This document shows, piece by piece, positions 62,671 to 64,000 of a stretch of DNA of 64,000 bases. The translations under genes were made by a program, and so were the position numbers. The notes beneath the pieces are model-generated. The model searched no databases, was not told the DNA's origin, and saw nothing but the letters and a program-made list of their open reading frames with translations. Numbering within the stretch: the first letter of the stretch is position 1; every line of letters begins with the position of its first letter. Origin of the DNA: Patescibacteria group bacterium (GTDB lineage Bacteria; Patescibacteriota; Patescibacteriia; UBA9934); contig JBAZWW010000003.1 of assembly GCA_041660165.1 (NCBI GenBank), forward strand, positions 4,352 through 68,351, in the 5' to 3' direction.

Positions 62671-63724
62671 TACGGACGATATTTATAAAAAGTTTGATCC
62701 CGATGATATTGCTTTCGGTGTTGAGAATTTACCCGAGCAAGTAAAAATTGCTTGGCATGACACGCGTGATTTGATTCTGCCAAGAGGATACTCGGAGGTA
62801 TCAAACATCGTGGTGGCCGGCATGGGCGGTTCCGCGCTTGGCCCGCACATGCTCAAAGCGCTTTTTGCAGATCGACTGGATGTCCCTTTTGAAATTGTTG
62901 GCGGGTACACTTTGCCGAAGTATGTGTCTAAAGACACGCTGGTCATTTTGTCGAGTTACTCCGGCACCACTGAGGAGGTGATCGCTTGTGCTGAACAGGC
63001 TAAGGATTGTCGAGCGAAAATTGCTGTCGTCGCTGCTGGTGGCGTGCTCGCCGACATGGCATCTAGTGAAGGCTGGCCCGCCTATATTTTCGAACCCGGC
63101 GATTTGGCCAAGCAACCGCGCTACGGCACCGGTTTCTCGCTCATTGGCATCCTCGGTATCCTCGAACGCGCCGGCCTCGTCAAGGTCAAGGAAGCCGAGC
63201 TTCAAGCCATGATGTCTGCCATGGGCGAGGTGATTGATACGTGCGCCGTGGACGTGCCAACTGCTGAGAATCCTGCCAAAGAAGTAGCGCTCGCTCTTGC
63301 TAATCATAACGTCATTATTGTGGGCGCTGAGCATCTGGCCGGGAACGCGCATATCATGGCTAACCAGTTGAACGAATCTGCCAAGCAGTTCGCTACATAT
63401 CAATTATTGCCCGAGCTGAACCATCACTTTCTAGAAGGCTTAAAATTCCCGTCAGGTCTCGCCGAGAATACGACTGTCGTTCTCCTTGAATCCGATCACT
63501 ATCACGAGCGCACGCAGAAGCGTTGTAAAATCACTGCCGATATTTTTGAGAAAAAGGGCATCTCTGTCATTGACTATGGTTGCCGTGGCGCTTCAAAAAT
63601 GGATGAAGTGGGCGAGGTTCTCCAATTCGGCAGTTACCTTGGCCTCTACCTGGCACTCCTGAATGGTGTGGTAACGACTGACACGGCTACAGTGTTCGAG
63701 TTTAAGAAACGGATGGATGAATAG
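62660..63724 (+). CDS. Bifunctional phosphoglucose/phosphomannose isomerase (SIS-domain, PGI/PMI family)
   Basis: Internal start MVLDTDDIYKKFDPDDI.... VVAGMGGSALG and LVILSSYSGTTEE SIS motifs. Two SIS domains; about 354 aa. Confidence 0.7.
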   Translation: MVLDTDDIYKKFDPDDIAFGVENLPEQVKIAWHDTRDLILPRGYSEVSNIVVAGMGGSALGPHMLKALFADRLDVPFEIVGGYTLPKYVSKDTLVILSSYSGTTEEVIACAEQAKDCRAKIAVVAAGGVLADMASSEGWPAYIFEPGDLAKQPRYGTGFSLIGILGILERAGLVKVKEAELQAMMSAMGEVIDTCAVDVPTAENPAKEVALALANHNVIIVGAEHLAGNAHIMANQLNESAKQFATYQLLPELNHHFLEGLKFPSGLAENTTVVLLESDHYHERTQKRCKITADIFEKKGISVIDYGCRGASKMDEVGEVLQFGSYLGLYLALLNGVVTTDTATVFEFKKRMDE

Positions 63725-63789
63725 CGAAGGATCCATTTCTTAGACCCTGACGTAAGGAAGGGTCTACAGGCGGCGCATTGGAAATCAAT

Positions 63790-63822
63790 AGCAAAATCCC
63801 CCCATTTGGGAGGATTTTTCTA
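63790..63822. terminator. Bidirectional terminator hairpin
   Basis: AAAATCCCCCCATTTGGGAGGATTTTTCT lies between convergent genes. Confidence 0.4.
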
Positions 63823-64000
63823 TACCATGTCTTGCATCTTCGCCATCATCATGGCATCCATGGAGGCCAGGTCAGCGCCAGCCATTTTGTCAGCATGTTT
63901 GGCCAGAGCGTGCTCCGTCAGCATGGTTTTCACGTCCTCTGCCGTGCTTCCTCTAGTTACGAACTCGCAATCCACTACGCCCATGTCTTTGCACGAAAGG
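63821..64000 (-). CDS. DUF1059-family small protein (start just beyond the window edge)
   Basis: Reverse-strand translation ...SCKDMGVVDCEFVTRGSTAEDVKTMLTEHALAKHADKMAGADLASMDAMMMAKMQDMV* matches the DUF1059 SCKDxGxDCxF signature. The stop is at 63821-63823. Confidence 0.55.

Overview
This 64 kb chromosomal window is about 48% GC overall and densely packed with genes. Its gene content suggests a small-genome, possibly uncultivated (CPR/Patescibacteria-like) bacterium.

It contains the replication-origin neighbourhood (rpmH-rnpA-yidD <- oriC -> dnaA-dnaN) with canonical TTATCCACA DnaA boxes and an AT-rich unwinding stretch. Two further DnaA-box clusters lie at 9.4-9.8 kb and 38.0-38.1 kb. Conserved housekeeping genes include polA, pnp, rpsO, rpsT, holA, gmk, tig, nfo, lspA, comM/yifB, PBP1A, an ABC exporter, cysteine desulfurase, ferredoxin and PGI/PMI.

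Five tRNAs were read directly from the sequence: Ala-CGC, Arg-CCT, Arg-TCT, His-GTG with an encoded G-1, and Cys-GCA.

The left 9.4 kb is a four-gene cell-surface locus headed by a 1502-aa Thr/Gly/Asn-rich repeat protein. The locus also encodes a poly-proline protein with transthyretin/CarbPepD_reg-like domains and two smaller secreted proteins.

The region between the inward-facing 3' ends of tRNA-Arg(TCT) and tRNA-His is accessory-looking. It carries a MazF/Phd toxin-antitoxin pair, an ECF sigma factor, a TrmB-family regulator, and an operon of three genes. These encode a GC-rich SAMHD1/dGTPase-like HD hydrolase, an alanyl-tRNA-synthetase catalytic-domain-only paralog, and a TIM-barrel sugar-phosphate isomerase/epimerase. 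A SET-domain protein, DinD and a tyrosine recombinase follow, then a GC-rich 1 kb stretch without convincing genes.

Other notable points:
- A GC-rich palindromic MITE/REP-like repeat family occupies more than 13 intergenic sites.
- A radical-SAM gene is broken by a 1-nt indel in a G6 run.
- A NYN-domain gene sits between rpsO and pnp.
- Three TrmB-like paralogs occur within 9 kb.
- There are four toxin-antitoxin loci; one is a truncated BrnT/BrnA.
- A 470-bp non-coding, hairpin-rich region lies next to a DnaA-box cluster.
- GC content is mosaic, with about 60% GC blocks marking likely acquired DNA.

No CRISPR array or rRNA was seen.
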